From Candidatus Eiseniibacteriota bacterium (GTDB taxonomy: Bacteria > Eisenbacteria > RBG-16-71-46 > CAVPCR01): DNA of 64,000 nt. This document shows, in pieces, positions 19,022-28,373 of the stretch; positions within the stretch are counted from its first letter, which is position 1; every line of letters starts with the position of its first letter. The position numbers were made by a program, and so were the translations under genes. The stretch spans positions 544,001-608,000 of the forward strand of contig CAVPCR010000001.1 in NCBI GenBank assembly GCA_963702435.1. The letters run 5' to 3'. A model generated the notes under the pieces. It saw only the letters and a list, made by a program, of their open reading frames with translations, was not told where the DNA came from and did not search any database.

Positions 19022-19933
19022 TCAGGCGCTCCTTGCCCGGCGGGGGCCGGGCGAGCCTCGGCGCCGCGCGCCGGCCCGGGCCCGCTCCCCCGCGGCCTCC
19101 TCCCCCGCGGGGACCTCTTGGCCCCGGTCCCCGCGGGCGGCCCCGGACTCGCCGGCCCGCGCCCTGGCCCCGGCCCGGGCATCCTTTCGCGCGAGACCGG
19201 CCACGACCACGGTCACCTCGCCCCGCGGCTCGGCGCCGTCCCGGGCTCTGAGATAGGCGGCAGCCGGCCCTCGCCAGATCTCCTCGAAGCGCTTGGTGAG
19301 CTCGCGGCCGACCGCGATCTCCCGATCTCCGAGGATGGTCACGACATCGGCCACGAGCGCGAGAACGCGCGATGGGGCCTCGAAGAAGATGAGGGTGTGG
19401 GGCAGCGCGGCGAGATCCGCCAGCATCCGTTGCCGCGGGCCGGGCTTTCGCGGCGGGAAACCCTGGACCAGGAAGCGATCGGTCGGAAGGCCCGAGGCGG
19501 CGAGGGCGCACAGCGCGGCCGAGGGACCCGGCACGGCCACCACGGGCGCCCCGGCGGCAAGCGCGGCGCGCACCAGGCGATAGCCCGGATCGGAGACCCC
19601 CGGCGTGCCGGCATCGGTGACGAGGGCGACCGCCTCGCCGGCGCGCAGGCGCTCGGCGAGCCGGGGCGCCATGCGCGCCTCGTTGTGCTCGTGGTAGGGC
19701 TCGACGATCCGTCCCGCGAGGCCGTGCCGCGCGAGCAGCATGCGCGTCCGGCGCGAGTCCTCGGCAGCGATCCGATCCACGTGGCCGAGCACGTCGAGTG
19801 CGCGGAGGGTCACGTCGGCCAGGTTCCCGATCGGAGTCGCCACCACGTACAGGGTGCCGGGGACGACGGGGCGCGCCGCCGTCGCATCCTCGCCGGCGGC
19901 GGGGCCGCCCTCCTCCGCGCGCGGGGGCGGCAC
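19022..19933 (-). CDS. rsmI: 16S rRNA (cytidine1402-2'-O)-methyltransferase
   Basis: LYVVATPIGNL.D.T.RA, AEDSR, DAGTPGVSDPG, RELTK.FEE; start approximate. Confidence 0.92.
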   Translation of the reverse strand: MPPPRAEEGGPAAGEDATAARPVVPGTLYVVATPIGNLADVTLRALDVLGHVDRIAAEDSRRTRMLLARHGLAGRIVEPYHEHNEARMAPRLAERLRAGEAVALVTDAGTPGVSDPGYRLVRAALAAGAPVVAVPGPSAALCALAASGLPTDRFLVQGFPPRKPGPRQRMLADLAALPHTLIFFEAPSRVLALVADVVTILGDREIAVGRELTKRFEEIWRGPAAAYLRARDGAEPRGEVTVVVAGLARKDARAGARARAGESGAARGDRGQEVPAGEEAAGERARAGARRRGSPGPRRARSA

Positions 19934-19937
19934 GGAC

Positions 19938-20831
19938 CTAGATCCCCCAGTCCCGGGGATCCCGGAAGTCGCGCCCCGCCGCGCGCACGGAGAGCTTGGC
20001 GATGAGCGGCATCCGGCGCTTGAACTGGCTCGTGCTGATCTTCTGCTCGACCTCGGCGATGAACGACGGCGCGAAGCCGTGCTCCTCCACCTCGGCCGCC
20101 GTGAGCCGGCGATCGACGAGGAGATGGAGCAGGAGGTCAACCTCCGCGTAGGTGAACCCGAGCTCGCCCTCGTCGGTCTGACCGGGCCACAGCCCGGCGC
20201 TCGGGGGCTTCGCGATGATCGGCTCGGGCAGGCCCAGGTGCTGCGAGAGAGCGCGCACCTGCGTCTTGTAGAGATCGCCGAGCGGATTGAGGGCGCACGC
20301 GAGGTCGCCGTAGAGGGTGCCGTAGCCGAGGAGCATTTCCGACTTGTTGCTCGTCCCGACGACCAGGGCGCGGTCGCGCATCGAGCGGTCGAAGAGCACC
20401 GCCATGCGCATCCGCGCCATGAAGTTCCCGCGCCGGAGCGGGGTGGCAGTGGGGTCGGCCGCGAAGTGCGCGTCGACGAGCGGCGCGATGTCGACGATCT
20501 CGACGGAGAGCGCGAGGTGCCGCGCGACGAGCTCGGCGTCGGCCACCGACTCGGCCCCGAGGCCCAACCGCCCGTAGGGCATGAGCACCCCGGACACGTT
20601 CGCCGCCCCGAGCGCGCGGACGGCGAGGGCGGCGGCGAGACTCGAGTCAATACCGCCGGAGAGCCCGAGCAAGGCGCGCTCGAAGCCGGCCTTCCGGATC
20701 TCCTCGCGGAGGAAACGCGAGAGGATGTCGGCGAGCATGGCCGGATCCGCGGCCGTGAGCTCGCGAGCGGCCGCCTCCCGCCCTTGCGCCTGGTCGCCTT
20801 GCGCCTCGCCGCTTGTCGCCTCGTCGCTCAT
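19938..20831 (-). CDS. nadE: NAD+ synthetase, synthetase domain only
   Basis: LGLSGGIDSS, GNFMARMRM, GTSNKSE, YGTLYGD, DLYKTQV, KPPSAGLW. Confidence 0.95.
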   Translation of the reverse strand: MSDEATSGEAQGDQAQGREAAARELTAADPAMLADILSRFLREEIRKAGFERALLGLSGGIDSSLAAALAVRALGAANVSGVLMPYGRLGLGAESVADAELVARHLALSVEIVDIAPLVDAHFAADPTATPLRRGNFMARMRMAVLFDRSMRDRALVVGTSNKSEMLLGYGTLYGDLACALNPLGDLYKTQVRALSQHLGLPEPIIAKPPSAGLWPGQTDEGELGFTYAEVDLLLHLLVDRRLTAAEVEEHGFAPSFIAEVEQKISTSQFKRRMPLIAKLSVRAAGRDFRDPRDWGI

Positions 20832-21128
20832 GGCTCGTCCTCCCTCCCGGTGGTCCCGCGCGCGGCGCGCCGGGCGAGCACGCGGGCGCGCTCGCGCCGG
20901 GTCAGTGCGGCGTCCTCATCCCACACGTGGCGCAAGCCTCCGCTCCCGGAGGAGGTCGCGGCGATCCACGATGCCGAAGACGAGGCACTCGTCGAAGAAG
21001 GGCGCCGCCGCCACCAGCGCTCCGCCCGGCGCAATTATCCGCGACCCGCCCCAGAAATTGACGCCGTCCTCGAATCCCACCCGGTTGACGAAGACCGGCG
21101 CCGGCTCCGTCGCGGGGGAACGATTCAT
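20828..21128 (-). pseudogene. C-terminal relic of a carbon-nitrogen hydrolase (NadE glutaminase partner)
   Basis: FVNRVGFEDGVNFWGGSRIIAPGG; ~100 codons only, no N-terminal catalytic part; frameshift near 20920 (..APRVG* then DEDAALTRRE in another frame). Confidence 0.7.
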
Positions 21129-22180
21129 GACTCGACCGCCGCGGCCGGCGCGCCGGCGAGGACCGCGGCCACCGCCCGGGCGGCGCGGAGGATCTCGTCC
21201 CGCCCGACATCGAGGTGCGTGACTGCGCGGATCATCGTCCCGCCGAAGGGCACCAGGAGGACGTCGCGGGCGCGGAGCGCGGCCAGCACCTTCTCGACCG
21301 GGAGGCCGCTCGCAGCGATGTCGAAGAGGACGATGTTGGTCTCGACCGCCTCCGGCGCGATGGCCACCCCCGGGATCGACTCGAGCTCCCGGGCCAGGAG
21401 GGCCGCGTTCCGGTGATCCTCGACCAGGCGTTCGCGGTGATGGTCGAGCGCGTAGAGGCAGGCGGCGGCCAGGATCCCGACCTGGCGCATGCCGCCGCCG
21501 TACTTCTTGCGCTCGCGCCGCGCGAGCGCGATGAAGTCCCGCGATCCGGTCAGCACCGATCCGATCGGGGCGCCGAGGCCCTTCGAGAAACAGACGAGCA
21601 CCGAGTCGGCGAGCGCGCCGTACGCGGTGAGCGGTGTTCCGGTCGCGGCCGCGGCGTTCCACAGGCGCGCCCCGTCGAGATGGAGCGCGAGCCCGTGCGC
21701 GCGCGTGAAGCGGTGGACCGCGGCCAGCGCCGCGAGCGGAACGATGCGCCCGCCGGCGCGGTTGTGCGTGTTCTCGAGGCAGACGAGGCGGGACCGCGGA
21801 TGGTGGGGATCGTCCGGGCGGAGGAGAGGAGCCAGATCCTCCGGGGCGAGCGCTCCGGCGCGACCGGGGACCGGCCGGAGCTGGACGCCGGAGAGCGCGG
21901 CCGCCGCGCCGCCCTCGTATTGCCAGATGTGAGCGCCGGCCTCGAGCAGGACCTCGTCACCCGGCCGCGTGTGGCAGCGGACGGCGAGCTGGTTCCCCAT
22001 CGTGCCCGAGGGGACGAAGAGCGCCGCCTCGTGACCGAGGAGCTCCGCCGCCCGCGCCTCGAGCGCGAGCGCGGTGGGATCGTCCCCGAAGACATCGTCC
22101 CCCACCTCGGCCTCCGCGATGGCGCGGCGCATGCCCGGAGTCGGCCGGGTGACCGTGTCGCTCCTCAGGTCGATGACCAC
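21125..22180 (-). CDS. ltaE: Low-specificity L-threonine aldolase
   Basis: [49 protein letters not shown]. Confidence 0.95.
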   Translation of the reverse strand: MVIDLRSDTVTRPTPGMRRAIAEAEVGDDVFGDDPTALALEARAAELLGHEAALFVPSGTMGNQLAVRCHTRPGDEVLLEAGAHIWQYEGGAAAALSGVQLRPVPGRAGALAPEDLAPLLRPDDPHHPRSRLVCLENTHNRAGGRIVPLAALAAVHRFTRAHGLALHLDGARLWNAAAATGTPLTAYGALADSVLVCFSKGLGAPIGSVLTGSRDFIALARRERKKYGGGMRQVGILAAACLYALDHHRERLVEDHRNAALLARELESIPGVAIAPEAVETNIVLFDIAASGLPVEKVLAALRARDVLLVPFGGTMIRAVTHLDVGRDEILRAARAVAAVLAGAPAAAVES

Positions 22181-22231
22181 CAGAGACTCCGCGGGCCGGG
22201 GCCGGCGCCCGGTCGGGGTGGGGCGCCCACG

Positions 22232-22510
22232 CTAGGCCTGGGACACCATCTCCTTGAGCTCCTTCGACACCTTGAAGACCGGCACCTTGCGGGCCGGGAC
22301 GTTCACCGGGTCGCCGGTCCGCGGGTTGCGGGCCACCCGCGACCTCCGATCCTTGACCTTGAAGGTGCCGAACCCTCGAATCTCGATGTGGTTGCCGGTG
22401 CTCAGCGCCTTGCAGACGGCATGCAGGAACTCGTCGACCGTGTCCGCCACGTCCTTCTTGGTCAGACCGGTCTTCTCGGAGATCGAGTCTACGATGTCCG
22501 CTTTGGTCAT
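22232..22510 (-). CDS. hup: HU/IHF family DNA-binding protein
   Basis: MTKADIV..IEIRGFGTF..ARNPRTG..VPVFK; GAGG RBS. Confidence 0.92.
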   Translation of the reverse strand: MTKADIVDSISEKTGLTKKDVADTVDEFLHAVCKALSTGNHIEIRGFGTFKVKDRRSRVARNPRTGDPVNVPARKVPVFKVSKELKEMVSQA

Positions 22511-22559
22511 GGCCGTTCCTCCTCGGATGGCGATGCATCCCAGCGCCATCGCCGCCTGT

Positions 22560-22589
22560 AACCTACTAGGACTCCAGGGCTTTCGTCAA
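22560..22589 (-). promoter_or_regulatory. Possible promoter of hup
   Basis: Minus strand TTGACG-18 nt-TAGGTT. Confidence 0.4.
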
Positions 22590-22797
22590 CAGACAGAAGG
22601 ACGGCCCGGCGGCGCCGGTGCGAAACCCCACCGCCGGTCGGACCGAAGAACGCGGGCTCCGGACCGGCGACGGGACCACGTTCTCAGCTCGATCGAGCTC
22701 GCACGAACGGACTCGAAGCGGCACCGAGGCAGCGCCGAAACCGGATCGATCGAGCGGTCGACATGGCGACTACCCCGGTCTCCGGGTCGCGAGGAGG

Positions 22798-22826
22798 TTG
22801 ACTTTTGGAGAGAAGTTTGCTAGTGT
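22798..22826 (+). promoter_or_regulatory. Sigma70-like promoter of the candidate small RNA
   Basis: TTGACT-17 nt-TAGTGT with extended -10 TG. Confidence 0.65.
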
Positions 22827-22831
22827 ATGGT

Positions 22832-22964
22832 GTGAGAGGAGCGTGAGCTTAGTCCCTGCTGATTTCGTGAACGCCCCGCTTCGAGCATAGTCAGATACTT
22901 CGAGCATCTGCCCGTAAGGCAGAGTGGGGTTTACGATTCGAGTGGGGACCCTCTCGCTTTTTTT
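22832..22964 (+). ncRNA. Candidate ~130-nt structured small RNA, family unassigned
   Basis: 5' and 3' ends pair in four nested helices; starts 6 nt after the -10 box; ends in T7; lower GC than flanks. Confidence 0.7.
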
Positions 22965-23018
22965 GCCCTCTTCTCCCCTCCTCGGCCTCCTCCTCCCCTC
23001 CAATTCGCGATCGGATCG

Positions 23019-23966
23019 CTAGCGCCCGCCGCTTCCGGCTCCGTCCCCCGTCGGTTCGAGGCGCACGCGGAAGCGGGTGACCATCGGCTTCACCACCACT
23101 CCTGCCACCGTGTCCACCCGCCCGGCCACCGTATGCACGCCCGGCCCGAGCCCGCGGGCGTCGACGAGGACCGAGAGGCCGGCCGGTGCCAGGACCTCGA
23201 CCAGATCGCTGAGCCCCTCGAGGCGCACCGCGCTCGATTCGGGCGCGACCGCCGCGCGGAGCCCGCTGTCGGCCATGGCCCGGACCCGCACTCCCCCGAC
23301 CTCGCGGGTGGCCGCCCGCTCGACGGCCACCTCGACCTCCACCTCGGGCGGATCCGGCACCAGCTCGGCCCGCGGCCGCGCGACCGGGAACAGCCCGGCG
23401 GCCGCCCCGCGGAACCCGCGCACGTCCACCGGCCCCACGAGGAGGCTGTCCGGTCCGGGGAGGAACCGCGACGGCCCGCGGAGCATGACCGCGCGCGGGG
23501 CCACCTGGTAGCCGCGGAGCGCGTAGCCCGGGGGCGGGGCGCCTGCAAAGCGCACCGCCACCGGCACCGAGCGGGCGGTCACCCGATCGAACTCGAGCGC
23601 GAGCAGGCGCGGCTCGATGACCGCGATGACCTCGGCGTCGCTCACTCCCGGCATGCGTACATCCGCCGTCGAGACCGAGTGGTAGAAGCGCCCGCGGCGC
23701 GCGGCCGACAGATCCACCTCGATCTCCGGCGACCGCCACTTGAGCTTGATGAGCTCCTTGCCGCGACCGCGCAGGAGCACGAGCGCGCGCGCCGGCGGCT
23801 CGCCCACGACCGCCAGGCTGTCCGGCTGCCGCACGAGCGCGATCGGCAGCCAGAACTGCCCGTCGTGCACCTGGTCGGTGTAGACATGCAGGTAGATCAC
23901 GACGCCGATCGCGATCGAGGCCAGCTTGAGCCCGAGGTTGTGGCGGATGAAGTACGGCAGGGTCAT
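23019..23966 (-). CDS. YbbR/CdaR-like protein
   Basis: NLGLKLASIAIG membrane anchor; repeated YbbR-like modules (V.LRGP, VDA.GL.PG.H). Confidence 0.8.
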   Translation of the reverse strand: MTLPYFIRHNLGLKLASIAIGVVIYLHVYTDQVHDGQFWLPIALVRQPDSLAVVGEPPARALVLLRGRGKELIKLKWRSPEIEVDLSAARRGRFYHSVSTADVRMPGVSDAEVIAVIEPRLLALEFDRVTARSVPVAVRFAGAPPPGYALRGYQVAPRAVMLRGPSRFLPGPDSLLVGPVDVRGFRGAAAGLFPVARPRAELVPDPPEVEVEVAVERAATREVGGVRVRAMADSGLRAAVAPESSAVRLEGLSDLVEVLAPAGLSVLVDARGLGPGVHTVAGRVDTVAGVVVKPMVTRFRVRLEPTGDGAGSGGR

Positions 23967-24098
23967 CGGCGATCAGCGGTCATCGGCGAACCATGGGATC
24001 ATCGGCCAATCAGCGGACCGATGGGCGATCGGCGGCGTGCCGGCGGCCGGCGTTCGGCGGCCGGCGGCCGGCGTTCGGCGGGGCGCCGGCGGCCGGCG
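23960..24098. repeat. Degenerate heptamer run plus 21-bp tandem repeat
   Basis: CGATCGG-like 7-mers; CCGGCGGCCGGCGTTCGGCGG twice at 24040-24081. Confidence 0.55.
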
Positions 24099-24236
24099 CG
24101 GATTATTGATCATTGGCGCGAATAGTTACTGCAAGCCGGAGGGCAGGACGGGCCCCGGTCGGTCGCCGCGCGCAGCGCCCCCGGCGCAGCGCGCGGCCGC
24201 CCCGAGCGGGACATTACGGCGCGCGCCGCCGCCGCG

Positions 24237-25823
24237 TCAATCGAGGGTGAGGTCCGCCGCGAGCGGGACGATCTCGCGCGCCAGCGCCGGCGTGGCCCGG
24301 GCGTTGAGTCCGCCGGCGCCCGCGGCGAGCACGAGGACCTCGATCCCGGGATGCCGGCGCGCCCAGGCCAGCGCGGAGTCGGGACCGAGGACGAAGAGCC
24401 CGGTCGACAGGCAATCGGCGGCGAGCGCCTCCGCGGCGATGACGGTGACGCTCCCGAAGTCGGGGGCCGGTTCTCCGCTCCGCGGATCGAGGAGGTGACC
24501 GATCCGCATGCCGCCCGCAGCGAGTCCTCGTTCGCTGTTGCCCGAGGTGGCGATCGAGCCGGACCGCAGCGGGAGGTGGAGCGCCGCCCGCCCGCGGTCG
24601 CGCGGATCGGCGACCGCGATGAGAACCGGATCCGTCGCGCCGATCACGGCCACTTGCCCGCCGAGATCGAGCACCGCGCTCTCGATCGGGGACGCGCCGA
24701 GCGCGCGGAGCGCGGCGTCGAGCGCGGCTCCCTTCCCGAACGCGCCCTCGTCGATCGTGAGCCCGGGCGCGAGACGCATGGCCGATCGCCCGTCGAGGAC
24801 GAGCCGCGCCGAGAGGCCGGAAGCAGCGAGGGCGGCGGCGCGCTCGGCGGCGTCCGGAACGCGACCGCCGCGGCGCAGCCCCCAGGCATCCACGAGCGCT
24901 CCAACGCCGGGATCGAAGGCGCCGCCGGTCGCAACCACCCAGCGGCGGGCCGCGGCGAGCTCGGCCGCGAGCTCCGGTGACAGCGCGACCGGCCGGCCGA
25001 CCGGCGCGCGGTTCAGGCGCGCGAGCTCGGTGTCGTCCTGCCACGTGGAGAGCCGGAGCGTGGCCTGAGCGAAGACCGCAAGAACTCGCTCGCTCGCCTC
25101 GAGAGCTGCCGCCCGGGTATCCGCGGTGATCGACAGGCGGAGCACGGTGCCCATCATCGCGAGCTCCCGCTCGACCGTGGCGCCGCCGGCCGGGCGCGGC
25201 GCGGCGAGGAGGGTGCCCGCTGCCGCGAGGAGGACCAGCGTGCCGGTCCGCCGCGCGATCTCGGGGCGCCGGCCGACGAGCCGGGGGAGCGCCGCCCGGG
25301 AACGGCGCAGACCGGACCGATGGGCGATCTGGTGAGCCAGGTAGCCGCCGATCCAGAGCAGCGACGAGGCGACGTGCACGGCGACCCACACCGCTCGCCA
25401 TGACTCGTCGGTCGTGATCTGGAGGAGGGGACCGGAGACGATCATCGGTGCGAGAGCCGCGGTGGCGGCGAGCCCGCTCGCGCGCCGGCGGCTGTCCCGG
25501 GCGCGGAGCCCGGGCCACACATGCGCGCGCCAGAGGAGGCCTGCTGCGAACACGAGGAGCGGCGCAAACAGCACGTGGCCGTGCTGGACGGCGGGCTGCC
25601 AGGGATGATGCACGACGGCGTAGGGATCGGCCGGGCGGAGGAGATACCGCATCGCGGCGTAGAGGACCCCGCTCAACCCGACGATCGCGGTGGCCACATG
25701 GACGAACCAGACCGCTCCGCGGCCCATCGCCCCGCCGGCCGGCCCGATGGCCGTCCCCCCAGCCGCACGGCGCGCCGGCGTCGCGGCAGGCCGGCGCATC
25801 GCTGTGCGGACCGGCTCTTTCAC
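24237..25823 (-). CDS. apbE: Fusion of a His-rich ~4-TM cytochrome-b-like domain and an ApbE FAD:protein FMN transferase
   Basis: ApbE motifs MMGT, TGGAFDPGVG, GAFGKG, DLGGQ, ATSG..ER, HLLDPRSG, ADCLST; hydrophobic His-bearing N-terminus in the same frame; GTG overlaps upstream TGA. Confidence 0.85.
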   Translation of the reverse strand: MKEPVRTAMRRPAATPARRAAGGTAIGPAGGAMGRGAVWFVHVATAIVGLSGVLYAAMRYLLRPADPYAVVHHPWQPAVQHGHVLFAPLLVFAAGLLWRAHVWPGLRARDSRRRASGLAATAALAPMIVSGPLLQITTDESWRAVWVAVHVASSLLWIGGYLAHQIAHRSGLRRSRAALPRLVGRRPEIARRTGTLVLLAAAGTLLAAPRPAGGATVERELAMMGTVLRLSITADTRAAALEASERVLAVFAQATLRLSTWQDDTELARLNRAPVGRPVALSPELAAELAAARRWVVATGGAFDPGVGALVDAWGLRRGGRVPDAAERAAALAASGLSARLVLDGRSAMRLAPGLTIDEGAFGKGAALDAALRALGASPIESAVLDLGGQVAVIGATDPVLIAVADPRDRGRAALHLPLRSGSIATSGNSERGLAAGGMRIGHLLDPRSGEPAPDFGSVTVIAAEALAADCLSTGLFVLGPDSALAWARRHPGIEVLVLAAGAGGLNARATPALAREIVPLAADLTLD

Positions 25824-26410
25824 GGTGCTTCCTTCCCCGGCGCCGCCCGCTCCCCGATCACTCGATCGAGGGCGAGCGCGCGGCGCACAGCGCCGGTCGT
25901 GGCGCGGGCGGTGAGGGTGGCCCCGGTGACGCCGCGAATCGCCCTCCCGAGCGCGAGCTCGGGCGCGAGTCCGCGCGTCTCGAACTGCTCGTACCAGGCA
26001 CCGCGCGGGAGATAATCCGGCGGTTCCTCGAAGGCGATCACCTCGACGCGCAGGACGTGCCCGACAGAGTCGACCGCGACCATCACTGTCTCGGCGAGCG
26101 TGCGCACCTGGTGCGTATCGAAGTAGACCGTGCCGCTCCATGAGCCGCCGCGCGTGGCGACGTACGGATGCACGATCGCGCTCGCGACAGGCGACCCGGC
26201 GAGCTCCGCGGCGCGCGCGAGCTCCGGTGCGCTCAGGTAGACCGTGCGCCGCTCGATCGCGGCGCCGGGAAAGGCGAGCGCCATCGCCTCCTCCATGCTC
26301 AGGAGGACCTTGCTCTCGGCGGCCGACGCCATCGCGATCCCGGCGAGGACGAACCAGAGGAGCGCCGGCGCCACGCGCCGCGGCTCAGAAGATGTAGCCG
26401 AGCGCGACAT
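25820..26410 (-). CDS. Exported FMN-binding (flavinylated) protein
   Basis: Signal peptide; F.EPPDY; VTGATLT matching the [S/T]GA[S/T] flavinylation motif. Confidence 0.85.
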   Translation of the reverse strand: MSRSATSSEPRRVAPALLWFVLAGIAMASAAESKVLLSMEEAMALAFPGAAIERRTVYLSAPELARAAELAGSPVASAIVHPYVATRGGSWSGTVYFDTHQVRTLAETVMVAVDSVGHVLRVEVIAFEEPPDYLPRGAWYEQFETRGLAPELALGRAIRGVTGATLTARATTGAVRRALALDRVIGERAAPGKEAP

Positions 26411-27701
26411 TGAACTGGTTCACCCCGGTGCCGGCCCCGTTGTCCACGTCCTGATAGTCGAGCTTCATGACGACCTGGTCGATCGGCTGGAAGGCGAGGC
26501 CGAAGGTCCAGATGTCCTGCTCGGTGGCGGGATTCGAGCTGAAGCCGGCGGGCACGGCGGCCTGCGTATCGAGCTGCTCGTAGCGGACGAAAGGCACGAG
26601 CGAGAGTTCGCCGCGCGGGCGGGCGCTGAAGACGTCGTACCCGGCCTCGATGTAGCCGCCGTTCTGCTCCTCGCCGACGACGACGGTCGCGGTCGTATCG
26701 CCGAGCGCCGCGCTCAGCGCGGCGGCGTCCCCGATCCAGGACCGGACGGCGAGGCCACGCAGGCGGAGCCCGCGCCAAAGCCATTCGCCGTGGCCCTCGA
26801 CGAGCGTGGTGGCGACCCCGATCTCGGTTCCGTCCGCTCCGGTAAGCCCCTGGCCGGACCGGCCGGCGTAGACCGAACCGCCGGCGAGAAGACCCGGCCG
26901 CCCGGTCCAGTCGAGCCGCCCGACCCAGGCCCAGTCCTCGGCGATCGAGCGCGCGCCACTCTGGCGGCCGCCGCGGATCCCGGCCGCGCTGAACCCGGCG
27001 GCGGAGAGCCCGGCGACGACGTAGCTGCGATAGCTCACCGGACCGACATCGCCGTACACCCCGGCGCCGTTCTCGCGCCAGGTGGTCGGGATGAGGACCT
27101 GCTCGACCGCCGGCCGGCGGGCCCCGAGGAACACGGTCGGCTCGTGCAGCTCGTTCACGAGACCCACGGGCAGGAGCAGGAGCCCGGCGCGCACGTTCAC
27201 CTCGGGCCGCCACAGGTAGTCCACGTAGGCGAACTCGACCGACACCTCACCACCCTTGCCGGTCGAGCCGTGCTCGAACTCGATCTCGGAGTTGAGGAGC
27301 CAGCGATCGGTGAACCGGTAGCCGACGTAGAGCACGGCGCGCAGATAGTCGAGGCGATCGGAACGCCCGCTCGCCAGGTCGTCGTCTCGCTCCGCCGCGA
27401 AGTTCTCATAGAGCATCTCGCCGTATCCGCCGACCGACACCCCGTGCTCGGTGCGATAGACCTTCGCGGCGGCCGGGCCGAGCCCGCGCTCGACCTGGTC
27501 GGGGACGGGGGCGGCGGCGGTGCCGAGGCGCTCCTTCTCGAGCTCGGCGGCGAGCACGTCGATGCGGCGGGAGAGCTCGGCGATCACCGAGTCGGTCGGG
27601 GCGGCGGCCGCCGCCGGGGGCGGCTCCTCAGCCGCGGCGGGCGCGGCGGCGCGGAGGCCGGCGAGAACGAGGGCGAGCGCCAACGGGATGCGTGACCGCA
27701 C
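26385..27701 (-). CDS. Outer-membrane beta-barrel porin
   Basis: Signal peptide, short coiled coil, GGYGEMLY, NSEIEFEH, NELHEP, IPTTWRE, C-terminal LGYIF. Confidence 0.85.
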   Translation of the reverse strand: MRSRIPLALALVLAGLRAAAPAAAEEPPPAAAAAPTDSVIAELSRRIDVLAAELEKERLGTAAAPVPDQVERGLGPAAAKVYRTEHGVSVGGYGEMLYENFAAERDDDLASGRSDRLDYLRAVLYVGYRFTDRWLLNSEIEFEHGSTGKGGEVSVEFAYVDYLWRPEVNVRAGLLLLPVGLVNELHEPTVFLGARRPAVEQVLIPTTWRENGAGVYGDVGPVSYRSYVVAGLSAAGFSAAGIRGGRQSGARSIAEDWAWVGRLDWTGRPGLLAGGSVYAGRSGQGLTGADGTEIGVATTLVEGHGEWLWRGLRLRGLAVRSWIGDAAALSAALGDTTATVVVGEEQNGGYIEAGYDVFSARPRGELSLVPFVRYEQLDTQAAVPAGFSSNPATEQDIWTFGLAFQPIDQVVMKLDYQDVDNGAGTGVNQFNVALGYIF

Positions 27702-28370
27702 TCATCCACTCCTTTTCACGTAGATGGCGGCAGCGAGACGGGCATCGACGGCGATCGCGGTCTCCCCCACCTCGACCACATGGGCGGGCCGCCGCTGCGC
27801 GAGACGCACGTTGACTCCGGGCACGAGTCCGAGCGCCCCCAGGCGCTCGAGACCGTCGATCCGGCCCTCGACGAAGGTGACGGTCGCCCGCTCGCCGACG
27901 CCGAGATCGGCGAGCCGGATGACGAGCGGGCGCAAGACGGTCTCGTAGGTGCCGCAGCACTCCCCGCGCGGAATGGCGCGCCCGTGCGGGCAGGTCGGCG
28001 GGTGCCCGAGGAGCGTGCAGATCGACACGGTGACCTCCGGCGACAGCACGTGCTCGAAGCGGCAGGCGTCCGCCGCGCTCGTCGCCGCATCGATGTCGAG
28101 CACGTCGTGGAGGAGCCGCTCGGCGAGCCGATGGCGGCGGACGATCGAGCGCGCGGCCGTCTCGCCGGCGGCGGTCAGCTCGATGTGCGCTCCGCCGCGA
28201 GCGAGAAGGCTCCGGCGTTCGAGCTCGCCGAGGACGAGATCCGGATGGTCCTCACCGGCCCGCGCGGCGCGGGCGACGAGCACGGAGCGATCGGCCACGC
28301 CCTCCTCGCGCATCACCCAGATGAGCTCGAGCAGCTCTTCGCTGCGTTCTTCCAGCGGGTTCTTGTGCAT
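27702..28370 (-). CDS. DtxR/MntR-family metal-dependent regulator with C-terminal FeoA domain
   Basis: LTAAGE.AARSIVRRHRLAERLL, ACRFEH, LGHPPTCPHG.AIP, LGALGLVPG. Confidence 0.9.
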   Translation of the reverse strand: MHKNPLEERSEELLELIWVMREEGVADRSVLVARAARAGEDHPDLVLGELERRSLLARGGAHIELTAAGETAARSIVRRHRLAERLLHDVLDIDAATSAADACRFEHVLSPEVTVSICTLLGHPPTCPHGRAIPRGECCGTYETVLRPLVIRLADLGVGERATVTFVEGRIDGLERLGALGLVPGVNVRLAQRRPAHVVEVGETAIAVDARLAAAIYVKRSG

Positions 28371-28373
28371 CTC

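Noticed and set aside
22832..22964. tRNA, 5S rRNA or SRP RNA identity for the small RNA
   Set aside because: TTCGA occurs but there is no cloverleaf or CCA end, no 5S consensus and no SRP helix-8 motif
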